A stretch of 64,000 bases of DNA from Octopus bimaculoides (taxonomy: Eukaryota). The notes under the pieces are model-generated. The model had not been told where the DNA came from, did not search any database, and was given only the letters and a program-made list of their open reading frames with translations. How positions within the stretch are numbered: the stretch's first letter is position 1; the number at the start of each line of letters is the position of its first letter. The stretch spans positions 6,265,363-6,329,362 of the forward strand of contig NC_068986.1 of assembly GCF_001194135.2 (NCBI RefSeq). Direction: 5' to 3'. Made by a program: the position numbers and the translations under genes. This document shows positions 1 through 12,269 of this stretch, piece after piece.

Positions 1-270
1 GGTGAGGCAAGACCTTCGTACATTGGGCCTCACCGAGGCGATGACTACTGACCGAGACCTTTGGAAATGTGCTGTGCGTGAGAAGACCCGGCAAGCCAAG
101 TAAGATCGTTGCCAGTGCCCCTGGACTGGTTCTTGTGCGGGTGGCACATAAGATTCACCATCTTGAGCGTGGCCGTTGCCAGTACCGCCTGACTGGCCTC
201 CGTAGGATTTTCGAGCGAGATCGTTGCCAGTGCCCCTGGACTGGCTTGTGCGGGTGGCACATAAAAGACA
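1..270 (+). mobile_element. RTE-clade LINE, ORF C-terminus and start of repeat-containing 3'UTR (truncated)
   Basis: Frame 2 (2-103) reads VRQDLRTLGLTEAMTTDRDLWKCAVREKTRQAK*, an RTE-type C-terminus. It is followed by two ~105-bp UTR repeats that are the reverse complement of 55700-55940. Confidence 0.8.
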
Positions 271-699
271 CCACTGATGAAATTGAGTATATTCCCAATA
301 ATGTAGTTGATATTCTACTTAGAGGTGGTTGGCTTATCTCTTAGGATAAATGCATAAAAATAATGTAATCCTAATTATGATAACAGAGGAAATTGAAGTG
401 GCTTTAATAGTATTGACTATAGCATCTGTCATGCAGTTGTCTCCAGTGGGAATTGTTGTAAACCCAATGTGAGAACAGCAGTACCCAATGATGATAATGG
501 TAGCATCTCTAAGGTTATGAATATAAATGATCTAAATATCCTTATAACTTCTTTCAAAAAGCAAAATTTAAACATTTGTGGTTTAAATGACCATGCTATA
601 GCCAAACCAAGTTGTCAGGTTAAACATAGGAACACTAAACTTTGTGACAATTCTAACAGTTGTACTTCATATTTTAGTGATGGAAAACCTAATTTCTAT

Positions 700-1890
700 G
701 TTGGGACAGATTACTTGCTGCACTAACAATGGATCACTTAGGTTATGTAAGTAGAATATTGAATGATTTAACACACCCTTCCTTTGGACTTCATGGATAT
801 TCTAACAATCTTTTTCTGAACATTGGGAAAGCACTTTCCATCCTCAAGCAAATATTGTAAATTGCTCAATAGACACGCTGTTAAATTTTTGTATATAGGC
901 GCAGGAGTGGCTGTGTGCTAAGTAGCTTGCTTCCCAACCACATGGTTCTGGTTTCAGTCTCACTGCATGGCACCTTGGGCAAGTACCTTCTTCTATGGCC
1001 TCAGGCCGACCAAAGCCTTGTGAGTGGATTTAGTAGACAAAAACTGAAAGAAGCCTGTTGTATATATGTATATATATATATGTCTGTGTGTGTATATGTA
1101 TGTGCATTTGTGTTTGTCTCCCCCCCCCCCCCAACATCATTTGACAACTGATTCGGTGTGTTTATGTCCCCGTAACTTAGCAATTTGGCAAAAGAGACTG
1201 ATAGAATAAGTATTAGGCTTCCAAAGAATAAGTCCTGGGGTTGATTTTCTTGACTAAAGGCAGTGCTCCAGCATGGCCACAGTCAAATGACTGAAACAAG
1301 TAAAAGAATAAAAGAATAAAAGAATAACCACATTTAAGTTAGCTGATAATATAGTCATTATTAATAATAAAAAATTAAGCAATATTAGAAATTATGTGCA
1401 TGAATCTTATCATCCTAGTGATTTGTCTGCTTCTAACTCCCCTGTTAATAATACATAATGATCTAACACAAATATTACTGTTTATTTTGTGCCTCTTCAT
1501 AACAATAGGTTTAGTAATAATACAACAAATAATTCTTTGATACCTAGGAAACATGATAGAATATGCAATTTTAAGAATTGATATAATTGTCCTTTGAGTA
1601 ACCAGTGCCTCCAGGCTCATATTATATATAAACGTTCAATCTGTGCACCTGATAAAGTGTACAGTTGTAGTGCAACAGCATTACAATAAAAATCAAGATG
1701 GAGTACATCATTTGCAAAATTTATTTGGGAACTTAAAGGCAAAAATATTGATTACTTTATTTCATGATCAATTAAACAGACAGCATTTCCACTTAAAGGG
1801 GTAAGAGAAGTTATGATTTATATTGCATGGGGTAACTTGAAATCCTAAGTTGTAAGTCTGGACAACTCAATCCATTGTTCATGCCAATTC
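700..1890 (+). mobile_element. Decayed Penelope-like element (thumb/linker to GIY-YIG region), interrupted by a SINE
   Basis: LGKHFPSSSKYCKLLNRHAVKF (823-888) resembles the PLE motif KHFP..KLHKIFNRNTVK. CPLSNQCLQAHIIYK (1588-1632) and IWELKGKNIDY (~1723-1755) resemble the Cys-rich/GIY-YIG C-terminus. Stops and frameshifts throughout. Confidence 0.6.
896..1327 (+). mobile_element. tRNA-derived SINE, family A, full length
   Basis: tRNA-like head (gtggctgtgtgctaag...gtttcagtctcactg), body ggcaccttgggcaag...gaaagaagcc, internal TA/TG microsatellite, tail cagcatggccacagtcaaatgactgaaacaagt(aaaagaat)n. More than 10 related copies occur in the window. Confidence 0.85.
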
Positions 1891-3035
1891 AATAAAACCT
1901 TTTTAAAGATCCCATTTAGTTAACTTATGTATTATTGGAAATCATAAAATAAGAGATACACTTTGATCAATTGCATTTCAATTTTCACTGTTATTCTTCT
2001 TCTTCTTTGATCTCTCCTCACTTATAGTCCTGTTATCCTTTTATCCTTCATAAAAGTATTGACCGTTTCTGGAATATTAATCATCCATTTGTCTTAATGA
2101 TACCCATTTCAGTTTTTATGTTACTTGTATAACTATTTACTGATTCAGTACATGGTAATAATTTTATTTATTTTAATATTATTTTATTTTTATTTTATTA
2201 TATTATGTTATATTATTGTTTTATTACATATTGAGTATAATTTGACTTGGTGTTGCGGGATCATTAATTGGTCCCTTTAACTGTATGTCTCTACTCTTAT
2301 CTTTCTATTCCTCAATTTTACTATTCTTCATAATTCACTTCATACATTTTACTATCTCTTTTTCTCTCTTCTTCATTCTCTTGTTTCTTTTCTTTCTAGT
2401 TATTCTTGTTTCTTTGGTGTTATTCTTTGCTCACACATTCATCCCAATTAAGGACTCTCTATAAATATCATTGCATTTATTGCTACCCAAATTCTTTCCT
2501 GCTTAGATAAAGTACCTCATTGTCCATCTTATAATCTTAACTAAGCTATTGGCAACAGTTTCACAATCGATTTTATCTAGTAGCATTCATGCTTTTCTGT
2601 CTATTCAGTTCCTTTATCCTGTACCTTTCTCTCGCCACATCAGTTTTTTTTTTCCTTACAGTGACATTATAAGTCCCTCCCTGTGATTGAAGTCCTTGTA
2701 CAAATTTATTGTGTTGTTTGAAGGCCTTGATGAAATGAAGGGATTGGGGTTCATCTAATATTACATGAAGTTGCATGATCATTTTTCATATTTGTTCCAG
2801 CATGTATGATTTAGCCACCCTCCATATTATTGAAATGATTGTAATCAGATAATAAATGTAATACCAATATCTTCATTCATTTATTTGTCTTTTGTTATGT
2901 TCTGCAAATGATGAAAGTTCTTGGATTTTCATTTTGTGTGGAATACTTTGGCATTACTGAATTGTTTTTCATCACATAAACTAAGAGTTTACATGTGTGC
3001 TAGCTGAGCTGATCACTTGTATTTCATTTATTCCC

Positions 3036-3062
<27 letters not shown>

Positions 3063-3066
<4 letters not shown>

Positions 3067-3193
3067 CATCATCATCATCATCATCGTTTAACGTCCGCTT
3101 TCCATGCTAGCATGGGTTGGACGATTTGACTGAGGACTGGTGCAACCGGATGGCTACACCAGGCTCCAATCTAATTTGGCAGAGTTTCTACAG
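3063..3193 (-). mobile_element. RTE LINE 3' tail with (GAT)n end, running into a gap
   Basis: Reverse complement of the tail at 6590-6732 and 34990-35105 (ccatgctagcatggaaagcggacgttaaacgatgatg). Confidence 0.8.
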
Positions 3194-3809
3194 NNNNNNN
3201 NNNNNNNNNNNNNNNNNNNNNNNNNNNNNNNNNNNNNNNNNNNNNNNNNNNNNNNNNNNNNNNNNNNNNNNNNNNNNNNNNNNNNNNNNNNNNNNNNNNN
3301 NNNNNNNNNNNNNNNNNNNNNNNNNNNNNNNNNNNNNNNNNNNNNNNNNNNNNNNNNNNNNNNNNNNNNNNNNNNNNNNNNNNNNNNNNNNNNNNNNNNN
3401 NNNNNNNNNNNNNNNNNNNNNNNNNNNNNNNNNNNNNNNNNNNNNNNNNNNNNNNNNNNNNNNNNNNNNNNNNNNNNNNNNNNNNNNNNNNNNNNNNNNN
3501 NNNNNNNNNNNNNNNNNNNNNNNNNNNNNNNNNNNNNNNNNNNNNNNNNNNNNNNNNNNNNNNNNNNNNNNNNNNNNNNNNNNNNNNNNNNNNNNNNNNN
3601 NNNNNNNNNNNNNNNNNNNNNNNNNNNNNNNNNNNNNNNNNNNNNNNNNNNNNNNNNNNNNNNNNNNNNNNNNNNNNNNNNNNNNNNNNNNNNNNNNNNN
3701 NNNNNNNNNNNNNNNNNNNNNNNNNNNNNNNNNNNNNNNNNNNNNNNNNNNNNNNNNNNNNNNNNNNNNNNNNNNNNNNNNNNNNNNNNNNNNNNNNATA
3801 GGACAGTTT

Positions 3810-3913
3810 AAAAAATTGTTACTCGGAGTTTCACGTTCCTGTTCATTGGACAGTTTTGTTCTAACAAAACTGTCTGATGAACGGGAACGTGAAACTCCAA
3901 ATAACAGTTTTTT
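3810..3913. ncRNA. Palindromic head-to-head pair of minimal type I hammerhead ribozyme motifs
   Basis: Arms of ~51 bp around a 2-nt loop (3861-3862). Plus arm: stem I aaaactgt(3866-73)/acagtttt(3904-11), CTGATGA (3874-80), stem II acg-ggaa-cgt, GAAAC. The minus arm keeps actccgaGTA but its core reads CCAATGA. Confidence 0.7.
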
Positions 3914-3941
3914 GTTATATTTCTGCTGCTTTTACATAAAG

Positions 3942-3973
<32 letters not shown>

Positions 3974-5178
3974 GTATGTATGTATATATGTATGTGTGTG
4001 TGTATGGAGGGCTGGTTTTAAGTTAATTAGACAGATTTGTTCAAATTGGACCCTACACCAAGAGAGCCCCACGCCCACACAAACACTCGAGCAGAGGGTA
4101 CTATGATGAATTTTTAGTATATCATTGTGGCTAATGGTGAAGGCTCAAGCTCCCAATGCTTTTGGGCTGGGACTGGTAGACTACATGAAGCATAAAGCTT
4201 CAAATCTTCTGGTTTTGTAGAGTAGAGGGCCCCAACTCACAATTCTCTGACTAGGCCCTCACACTTCCTAGTGCCAGCCCTGTACGTATGTATACAGTTT
4301 CCATGTACCAAATCCACTCACAAGGCTTTGGTTTGATTGGGTCTGTAATAGGAGAGACTTGCCCAAGTTGCTTCACAGTGTTACTGATGACAGATGATCA
4401 TAGATGAACCTAATGGGACATGCTAAAACTAGTACACAAATCTTTCTTATATCATACCCTACTGCCTTAAAAAAAGGGAGGGACCATATTGTTTAATGTA
4501 TTTCTAAATACATTACATCTAAAAAGAAGATGGTTCTTGACTGCAATGCTATTAAAGCTGGACTCTTGGGTTAAAAAACGACAACAGCAAAACAAGCATT
4601 GGAAAAATGATGTTAACATAATGCATGGATATCAAATGCAATTAGAAATAATTATTGGGTGGAGAAAAGATGCATTAGCTCAATGACTAATGTTATTTTA
4701 ATCAATCTGGCAAGTTGGGGAGACAACTACAGACATGTTTCTGTATTATTTGACCCTCTCAGCAAAGCATAAATTTTTTATAACAGAATCACTAAATAGA
4801 TGTACAACTATTGAACCAGAGTATGCATTAGCAATCAGTGCATTACAACACTCTTTACTTGCTTAACAAATACTAAAGAAGAAAAAATTTGGTAGTAAAC
4901 ACCAAGAACCATCTGACAAAAGTTAGAAAATCATGGGTAGGTACGAGAAATATTTCCTTCTCTATAAACAAGTTCTTTCCTCATTTTGGTAAATATAAAA
5001 ATAGTTTTTCTTTTGAAAGTTAATTTCCTAACTGAATAGGACAGACTATAATCTTCTCGGTAAAACTGATAACACTTTCCGTTTTTCATGCTCATAATGG
5101 GTCTTCTTATCTCAAACTACAGATCCTATCCCTTTGGTAGATAATGTTTATCATATGACAGTTTTGAAGGCACTGCTT

Positions 5179-5210
<32 letters not shown>

Positions 5211-5784
5211 AATATAAATGTGTGTGTGTGTGTCTATAAACATTTTCTTTTACTAGTTTTAATTTGCATTGCAAAATAAACCAAATTAGTAACCAGGAAA
5301 CAACTTTATCAACACCATATTCTCTCTTTTCTGCACTTAGTCATAAAAATGATTAAAAAACAACAAAAAACAATCAAGGGATTTTGTATGTATGTGTGAG
5401 TTAAAGTGAAAGAGTACATGTGTTGGGTTGGGTTGGTAATTATTCTCTTGTCTCTTTTGAAATTCTATGGGTTGGCTACTTCTCTAATTTAGGGAAGGAA
5501 AATCATCTGTATAGAAGAAAGAAAGTAAAAATGAAAAATGTCAGTTGTCTTAATGAGAATTATAAAAACATGAATTTTATAGTTACCCTTATGGTTCTTT
5601 GAAAACGCCTTGTAGATTTTGCAGCTACTAATAAATTATATCTGATAACTAACTAAACTATCTTATGTTATCTAAAAAATAGCTGCGTATATGTGTGTAG
5701 AAGAGATGAAGATAATGAATATTGTGCCTAAATTATTTAACATGAAATACTAGTACTGCTAAACAGTAGAAAACAGGGAGGATG

Positions 5785-5835
<51 letters not shown>

Positions 5836-5995
5836 TTATCTATCTATCTGTCTGTCTGTCTGTCTGTCTATCCTTTCATCCATCTATCCATCCATCTACC
5901 TGTCTGTCTTTCTGTCTGTCTGTGTGCCTGCCTACCTGCCTGTCTATGTATGTAAATAGGTATGTATGTTTGTATGTATATATGTATGTATGTAT
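5785..5995. repeat. Compound tetranucleotide microsatellite (ATCT)n/(GTCT)n/(TATG)n
   Basis: Directly visible. Confidence 0.95.
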
Positions 5996-6120
5996 GTATT
6001 CTGTCGAAGAGCGTAGGCTTGAAACGTAAAAGACTTTCTCACTTCCCGAGCGTTAAACTAATACATCTGTTTGTTGTTTACACACCCATCTTCGTCTTTT
6101 GTTTTTTCTAAATTCTCACT
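5996..6120 (+). mobile_element. Solo PLE terminal repeat (pLTR) fragment with HHR-like motif
   Basis: ctgtcgaagagcgtaggcttgaaacgtaaaagac plus tail; the same sequence family ends the GIY-YIG PLE at 9100-9190 and 9330-9460. Confidence 0.65.
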
Positions 6121-6542
6121 ATATATATATATATNNNNNNNNNNNNNNNNNNNNNNNNNNNNNNNNNNNNNNNNNNNNNNNNNNNNNNNNNNNNNNNNNN
6201 NNNNNNNNNNNNNNNNNNNNNNNNNNNNNNNNNNNNNNNNNNNNNNNNNNNNNNNNNNNNNNNNNNNNNNNNNNNNNNNNNNNNNNNNNNNNNNNNNNNN
6301 NNNNNNNNNNNNNNNNNNNNNNNNNNNNNNNNNNNNNNNNNNNNNNNNNNNNNNNNNNNNNNNNNNNNNNNNNNNNNNNNNNNNNNNNNNNNNNNNNNNN
6401 NNNNNNNNNNNNNNNNNNNNNNNNNNNNNNNNNNNNNNNNNNNNNNNNNNNNNNNNNNNNNNNNNNNNNNNNNNNNNNNNNNNNNNNNNNNNNNNNNNNN
6501 NNNNNNNNNNNNNNNNNNNNNNNNNNNNNNNNNNNNNNNNNN

Positions 6543-6732
6543 GCGGGTGACACGTAAAAGCACCCAGTACACTCTCTGAGTGGTTGGCGTTAGGAAGGGC
6601 ATCCAGCTGTAGAAACTCTGCCAAATTAGATTGGAGCCTGATGTAGCCATCCGGTTGCACCAGTCCTCAGTCAAATCGTCCAACCCATGCTAGCATGGAA
6701 AGCGGACGTTAAACGATGATGATGATGATGAT
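6543..6732 (+). mobile_element. RTE LINE 3' tail with (GAT)n end
   Basis: aggaagggcatccagctgtagaaactctgcc...ggacgttaaacgatgatgatg. Confidence 0.85.
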
Positions 6733-7437
6733 CATTGAACAAATCAATACATCTACATTTAAACTTCTATCATGTTACCTCTTTTTTTTTAGTTTTATTC
6801 TAAACTTGTTTCCATATTTATACACCCACACAGTCAAGAGTGGTAGCACTGGAGACAGAAATATCTACCATAATACTGTTTCAACAGGGAAAACATTAAA
6901 ATCGCAGCATCTAACCAAGAGCTTTATAATTTGTTTTATAACGAAAACATGTTTGATTTTCACAATAAGTTTGAATCAGAAACTGCATTATGTACAGAAA
7001 TTGGGAGTCACAGCAACAATTATTTTTGCTATATTTTATCAGAAATTTTCTGTAAATTGTGCTGTTACTTTCGGGCTTTCGAAATGTTAAATGCTTTCAA
7101 GTGTTATAAATAGAAAAAAAAAAAAGAAAAAAAAGACTCCATGGGAAAATAATGGAAAAATATGATTTAGATAAAATAATAATAAAATGTGGGAAATCAT
7201 TTAAGTTATTTACAGAATAAGCAAGAGCCATGTGAAGTAATTTTTAGGGGTAGGGAAGAAAAAGAAAAGAAAGACATATCTTGACGGTTTGATTTTGAAT
7301 ATGACTAAGAAATGAAATATATTTGTGATGTTATGTTTGTACTTCCTTTCTCCCCACGAATCTCTTCAGGTCATATTTGTATTAAGAAAGTTATGAATTA
7401 TGGTCCATACATACACTCGCACACACACACACACAAG

Positions 7438-7473
<36 letters not shown>

Positions 7474-7875
7474 ATATATGTATATTCATGTATATATATA
7501 TATATATATATATANNNNNNNNNNNNNNNNNNNNNNNNNNNNNNNNNNNNNNNNNNNNNNNNNNNNNNNNNNNNNNNNNNNNNNNNNNNNNNNNNNNNNN
7601 NNNNNNNNNNNNNNNNNNNNNNNNNNNNNNNNNNNNNNNNNNNNNNNNNNNNNNNNNNNNNNNNNNNNNNNNNNNNNNNNNNNNNNNNNNNNNNNNNNNN
7701 NNNNNNNNNNNNNNNNNNNNNNNNNNNNNNNNNNNNNNNNNNNNNNNNNNNNNNNNNNNNNNNNNNNNNNNNNNNNNNNNNNNNNNNNNNNNNNNNNNNN
7801 NNNNNNNNNNNNNNNNNNNNNNNNNNNNNNNNNNNNNNNNNNNNNNNNNNNNNNNNNNNNNNNNNNNNNNNNNNN

Positions 7876-7918
<43 letters not shown>

Positions 7919-8039
7919 TCAATATATGTATTGCCCTTGCCAGAGCATGTTCCATGGACTGTGCATCTGCTTTCTCCCCCCACACCCACCCCGCCGACAC
8001 CCTTCTCCCGTTTCCCCTCACCTATCACTCCACCACCCT

Positions 8040-9458
8040 ACCTCTCCAATGCACCATTCTCCGAACCTTCTGGCGACTCCAGTCCGACCCCTCCACTTTG
8101 CACATCTTCCCTAATTGACTCCTCTTCTCCTTCAAACGAACCCACAGCCTATGAGACCTTTTGGTCCACAGCTTCTTCCCTAACCCAACCTCCCAACCCG
8201 GCTCACTCCCCTGCTCCAACCCACGTTGCTACACTTGCTCTTACCTCTCCAACAATACCCTCCTCACAGGTACCCATCATCAACCCTATCACATCACTGA
8301 CTCCTTCACCTGCACTTCTAGCAACGTCATCTATTGCATCTCCTGCTCTCTTGTCCTTCTCTATACATCGGTCAAACGGGACGCTGCTTGGCTGACTGGT
8401 TCACGGAACACCTCTGAGACATCAGACTCGGCAACGACACCCTGGTCTCGTGCCGTTTCCGCTCTACCGGTCAACACCTGTCCGTGTTCAGATTGTCCTT
8501 GCACAGGGACCGTCCAGACTCCCGTCTTCGCCATGAGCAGGGATTAATCTTCTCTCTTTGCTCCTTTGGACCCAACTCTCCTCCCCTCTTCATCTAACCC
8601 TCCTCCTCTCTCCTCTCTTCCTCTCACACCTACTTCCTCCCACCCCACCTCTCCTCTCTTGCTCTGGCACCTACTTCCTCTCTTCATTCCTACCCACCTT
8701 CTCCCTTCCACCCTCTTCCTTCATCGTCACCCCTCCCTCGTTATCACACCCCTATACGTTCCAACCCCACCATTCCTATACATCCCATCCCACCTACTCT
8801 TGTTTCCCCACTCTCGCCTCCCCCACATGCCAACACTACCACACCATACCACACCACACACTGCTACACCACACCATCATACCACACACCACCACACCAC
8901 ACACCACCATACCACACCACACACCACCATACCACACCACACCACCATACCACACCACACCACATCACACCACCCCACACACACTACCACTGACCACTTC
9001 CTAGCTCTCCTGTGTGACCCCTCTGTCCAGCATTCTCCATGATAGATCGCTAGCCACTAAACCTTCTTCCATTTTCTCTCCCTGTTTATGTCTGTGTCCC
9101 TTTCTGTCAAAGAGCGTAAGCTCGAAACGTAAAAGACTTTCTCACCTTCCCAAGTGTTAAACTAATACATCTGTTTGTTGTTTACACACCCGNNNNNNNN
9201 NNACCCCACACACACTACCACTGACCACTTCCTAGCTCTCCTGTGTGACCCCTCTGTCCAGCATTCTCCATGATAGATCGCTAGCCACTAAACCTTCTTC
9301 CATTTTCTCTCCCTGTTTATGTCTGTGTCCCTTTCTGTCAAAGAGCGTAAGCTCGAAACGTAAAAGACTTTCTCACCTTCCCAAGTGTTAAACTAATACA
9401 TCTGTTTGTTGTTTACACACCCGTCTTCGTCTTTTGTTTTTTTGTAAATTCTCACTAA

Positions 9459-9460
<2 letters not shown>
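8040..9460 (+). mobile_element. Penelope-like element 3' part: frameshifted GIY-YIG endonuclease, pyrimidine/CA-rich UTR, pLTR with HHR-like motif
   Basis: ORF 8161-8547 has PCSNPRCYTC...DSFTCTSSNVIYCISC. A shifted frame continues LYIGQTGRCLADWFTEHLRDIR. The tail cttt-ctgtcaa-agagcgtaagctc-gaaacgta-aaag lies at ~9100 and is duplicated at ~9330. Confidence 0.8.
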
Positions 9461-9493
<33 letters not shown>

Positions 9494-9879
9494 TGTATAC
9501 ACACGCACGAAAAAAAAGGGATTAAAAATCCAGGTGAATACTTTTTGAGCACTCTGTAGTAGTCAAACTTGGCTAACCACATTGACCAATGATAGTCATT
9601 GCAATCCGCATAGTCTGTAAATTTACATTCTGCTGCCTGTCCAATTTGTAAATCCAAATGCAGTATAAGGTCAGAATATAATAGAAAAACACAAAAAATG
9701 AAGAACTATTGATTTTTATTCAGCTTACGTACATTTTAGATACATTGGTGTTACGCATTTCTGTAATTTAATAATCATCCATATCAATTGATCCATATTT
9801 GATCAACTAGGGTTCTACAGAAGTTGAGAAATTAACACCAACATTAACACCAAAGCTTCAACTCACTGCCTGGAATATA

Positions 9880-9953
<74 letters not shown>

Positions 9954-9961
9954 CATGTATA

Positions 9962-11473
9962 CCAGGGGGTACCCAAAAGAAACTGGAATTTTGCAATATT
10001 TTATTCACTTACTTTTACATGTTTACACTTTCATCGCCTTGAAAGTAGTCTCCATTTGAAGCAATGCATTAGTGTTTTCCACTGTTAGAAGCAGTCCTGG
10101 AACTCCTTTAAAGTGATGCCTTTTAATGCCTCCAACGTTTTTTCTTCACCTTTTCCACATCTGCAAAGTGTTTTCCTTTAAAGACTTTTTCATTTGGGGG
10201 AACAAAAAAAAGTTGCAGGGAGCAAGAGTGGGTAAGCGGGGGTCATGCCAGTTTTGGTCAAAAACTGTCTCACACTCAATGTGGTGTGTGCAGGAGCATT
10301 GTCGTGACAAAACCACAGCTCTCCACTTTCCACTGGTCGGGGTGTTTTGTCTCACCACATCTCGCAAACACTTCAGAACTTCTAAGTAAAACGTCTGCTT
10401 AACAGTTTGACCAGGGGGAACGAATTCTGTGTGGACAATTTCTTTCGCATTGATGAAACAAATAAGCATCGTCTTGACATTGGCCTTCACTTGATGTGCT
10501 TTTTGGGGGGGCATGGTGACATCGAATGCTTCCATTAACTTGATTACTGCTTCATTTCAGGGTTATAGCCATAGCACCAGCTTTCATCACCGGTGAAGAC
10601 CTTCGAAAAGGATCTGAATCAACTTCCAGCTGTTCTTTCAGTTCATGTCACACATTCAGCCATGGCTGCTTTTGATCTTCCATGAGCAAGCAAGGCACAA
10701 ATTTTGCTGCAACTCATTCAGCTCATAACTCCTTGCACAAAATTCATTGGCAGAAGCTCCAGGATATACCAGCCATATCAACAAGTTTATCAGTTGTTAG
10801 GTGACGGTCCTTCAAGATCAGTTCATGTACTTTCATGATGGTGTCATTCATTCGGGAGGTCGACAGTTGCCCTGAATGAGATTGATCTTTGAGCAACAAG
10901 TAATTGTTTCTAAAGCATGAAAACCACTCAAAGACTTGTGTTTTTGCTCATGGAAGTGTCTTTGTAAGCTATTGGAAGCATGACAACTGTTTCAGCTGCT
11001 GTTTTCCCCAATAGAAAACAGAATTTCACAGATGCACACTGGCAGAAATGTTAGCACGCCGGGCGAATGCTTAGCGGTATTTCGTCTGCTGTTACATTCT
11101 GAGTTCAAATTCCACTGAGGTTACTTTGCCTTTCATCCTTTCAGGATCGATTAAATAAGTACCAGTTACGCACTGGGGTCGATATAATCGACTTAATCCG
11201 TTTGTTTGTCGCCTCTGTGTGTAGCTCCTTGTGGGCAGTAAAGAAATAAAATGCACACTGTTCCTTCATTTCAGCCATCGCAAAAATTAACAAACAGGGG
11301 AGAAGTACTGCAAAACAATGATGCATCACATGGTAGTACGATTTCATTCAATGACACTGAATAACAGACTGATGCCTGAGTGTCGCATCAAGTGGCTTCT
11401 AGTGGTGAAAATCTGAACTACAACTGGCTTGCCCCACAGCAAACATTTCCAGTTACTTTTGGGTACTCTCTCG
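9962..11473 (-). mobile_element. Tc1/mariner DNA transposon, full length, decayed, with SINE insertion
   Basis: TIRs ccagggggtacccaaaagaaactggaa / ttccagttacttttgggtactctctcg, flanked by TA. Minus-strand transposase pieces: MAEMKEQC (~11280), KFCFLLGKTAAET, KTMLICF...HTEFVPPGQTV...LAPCNFFLFP (10146-10535). Confidence 0.9.
11041..11250 (+). mobile_element. tRNA-derived SINE, family B, inserted in the mariner
   Basis: Head ggcagaaatgttagcacg...gagttcaaattcc, central gcctttcatcctttcagg..gataaataagtaccag (recalled as Meta-domain-like), tail ...ttgtgggcagtaaagaaataa. TSD atgcacact at 11032-40 and 11251-59. Confidence 0.85.
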
Positions 11474-11689
11474 TAAAAATATATATGTATATATCCTCAT
11501 AGTCATCATCATTTAACAAATGTCTTCCATGGCATGGGTAAGAGTGAATGAGAGTAGCTGGAAAGAAGATAAAGATGTTGATGATGATATGTCAGAGCAT
11601 ACTGTCAAGGTACAAGGCGGTAAGTATAAGAGAGACAATATAGACTAAGGTTCTCTAGGGATCTTTCTGAGTGTTTGAGAGAATCTCTT

Positions 11690-12250
11690 TCCAATCTATA
11701 GTTGATGTTTATGGCTCCAGCTCATAATCTACTTTTTCCATTAACCTTCTAGTAATTCAACTGTACCTCTTATGTGTCTATAGCTTGCACTGGGTACTAT
11801 TATTCATCCACACATATTTCTTACCTACAACATCTCAGTCCTCTCTGATACACTGTCTTGCAGTCTGGAACAACTCACACCTTTAATCTGCATGCTCTTC
11901 CTTTCTGCTTTTACTTATCTAAATGTATCTGTTGCCAGGCTTCTCTTTTAGCTACCTGGTATAATTCTCTGCTACTACCATTCTTCCAATCCTTTTGAGC
12001 CTGTCTTTTCTCTAATATGGCTCTGTCAACTTCACTGTTCTGGCACCACATCACCCTCTGTCTGGCCAGGACTTTGCACCAGCTATAGATTTAGTCTGTA
12101 GCCCTCAGTAGGTTGTCTCATAGGAATTTCCACTTGTCCTCTTTGCTACACTTTTCTATCTCTATTTGGTCAAATGTTTCAACAAGAGACTTTCTAAATT
12201 TCTGACTGTTTGCTGGATCTTAAAGCTTTCATATCTCTTTCGGAAACAAT
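11690..12250 (-). mobile_element. Decayed RTE LINE fragment (EN-RT linker)
   Basis: Minus translation with stops: WKFL*DNLLRATD...NSEVDRAILEKRQAQKDWKNGSSRELYQVAKREA. Confidence 0.6.
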
Positions 12251-12269
12251 GTACTTATGCAGACTGGGT

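Noticed and set aside
3117-4106. Long ORFs spanning N-gaps (also 6058-6683, 7312-8395, 20799-21173, 29813-31572, 41562-42217, 47539-48337, 53766-54104, 60383-60832)
   Set aside because: They are open only because N codons translate as X; not evidence of genes.
9203-9432. Apparent tandem pLTR duplication of 8975-9192
   Set aside because: Identical and split by a 10-N gap. PLEs do form tandem pLTRs, but this cannot be separated from an assembly artefact.
9500-9657. Protein-like minus ORF DLQIGQAAECKFTDY...
   Set aside because: No convincing donor site or homology recognised.
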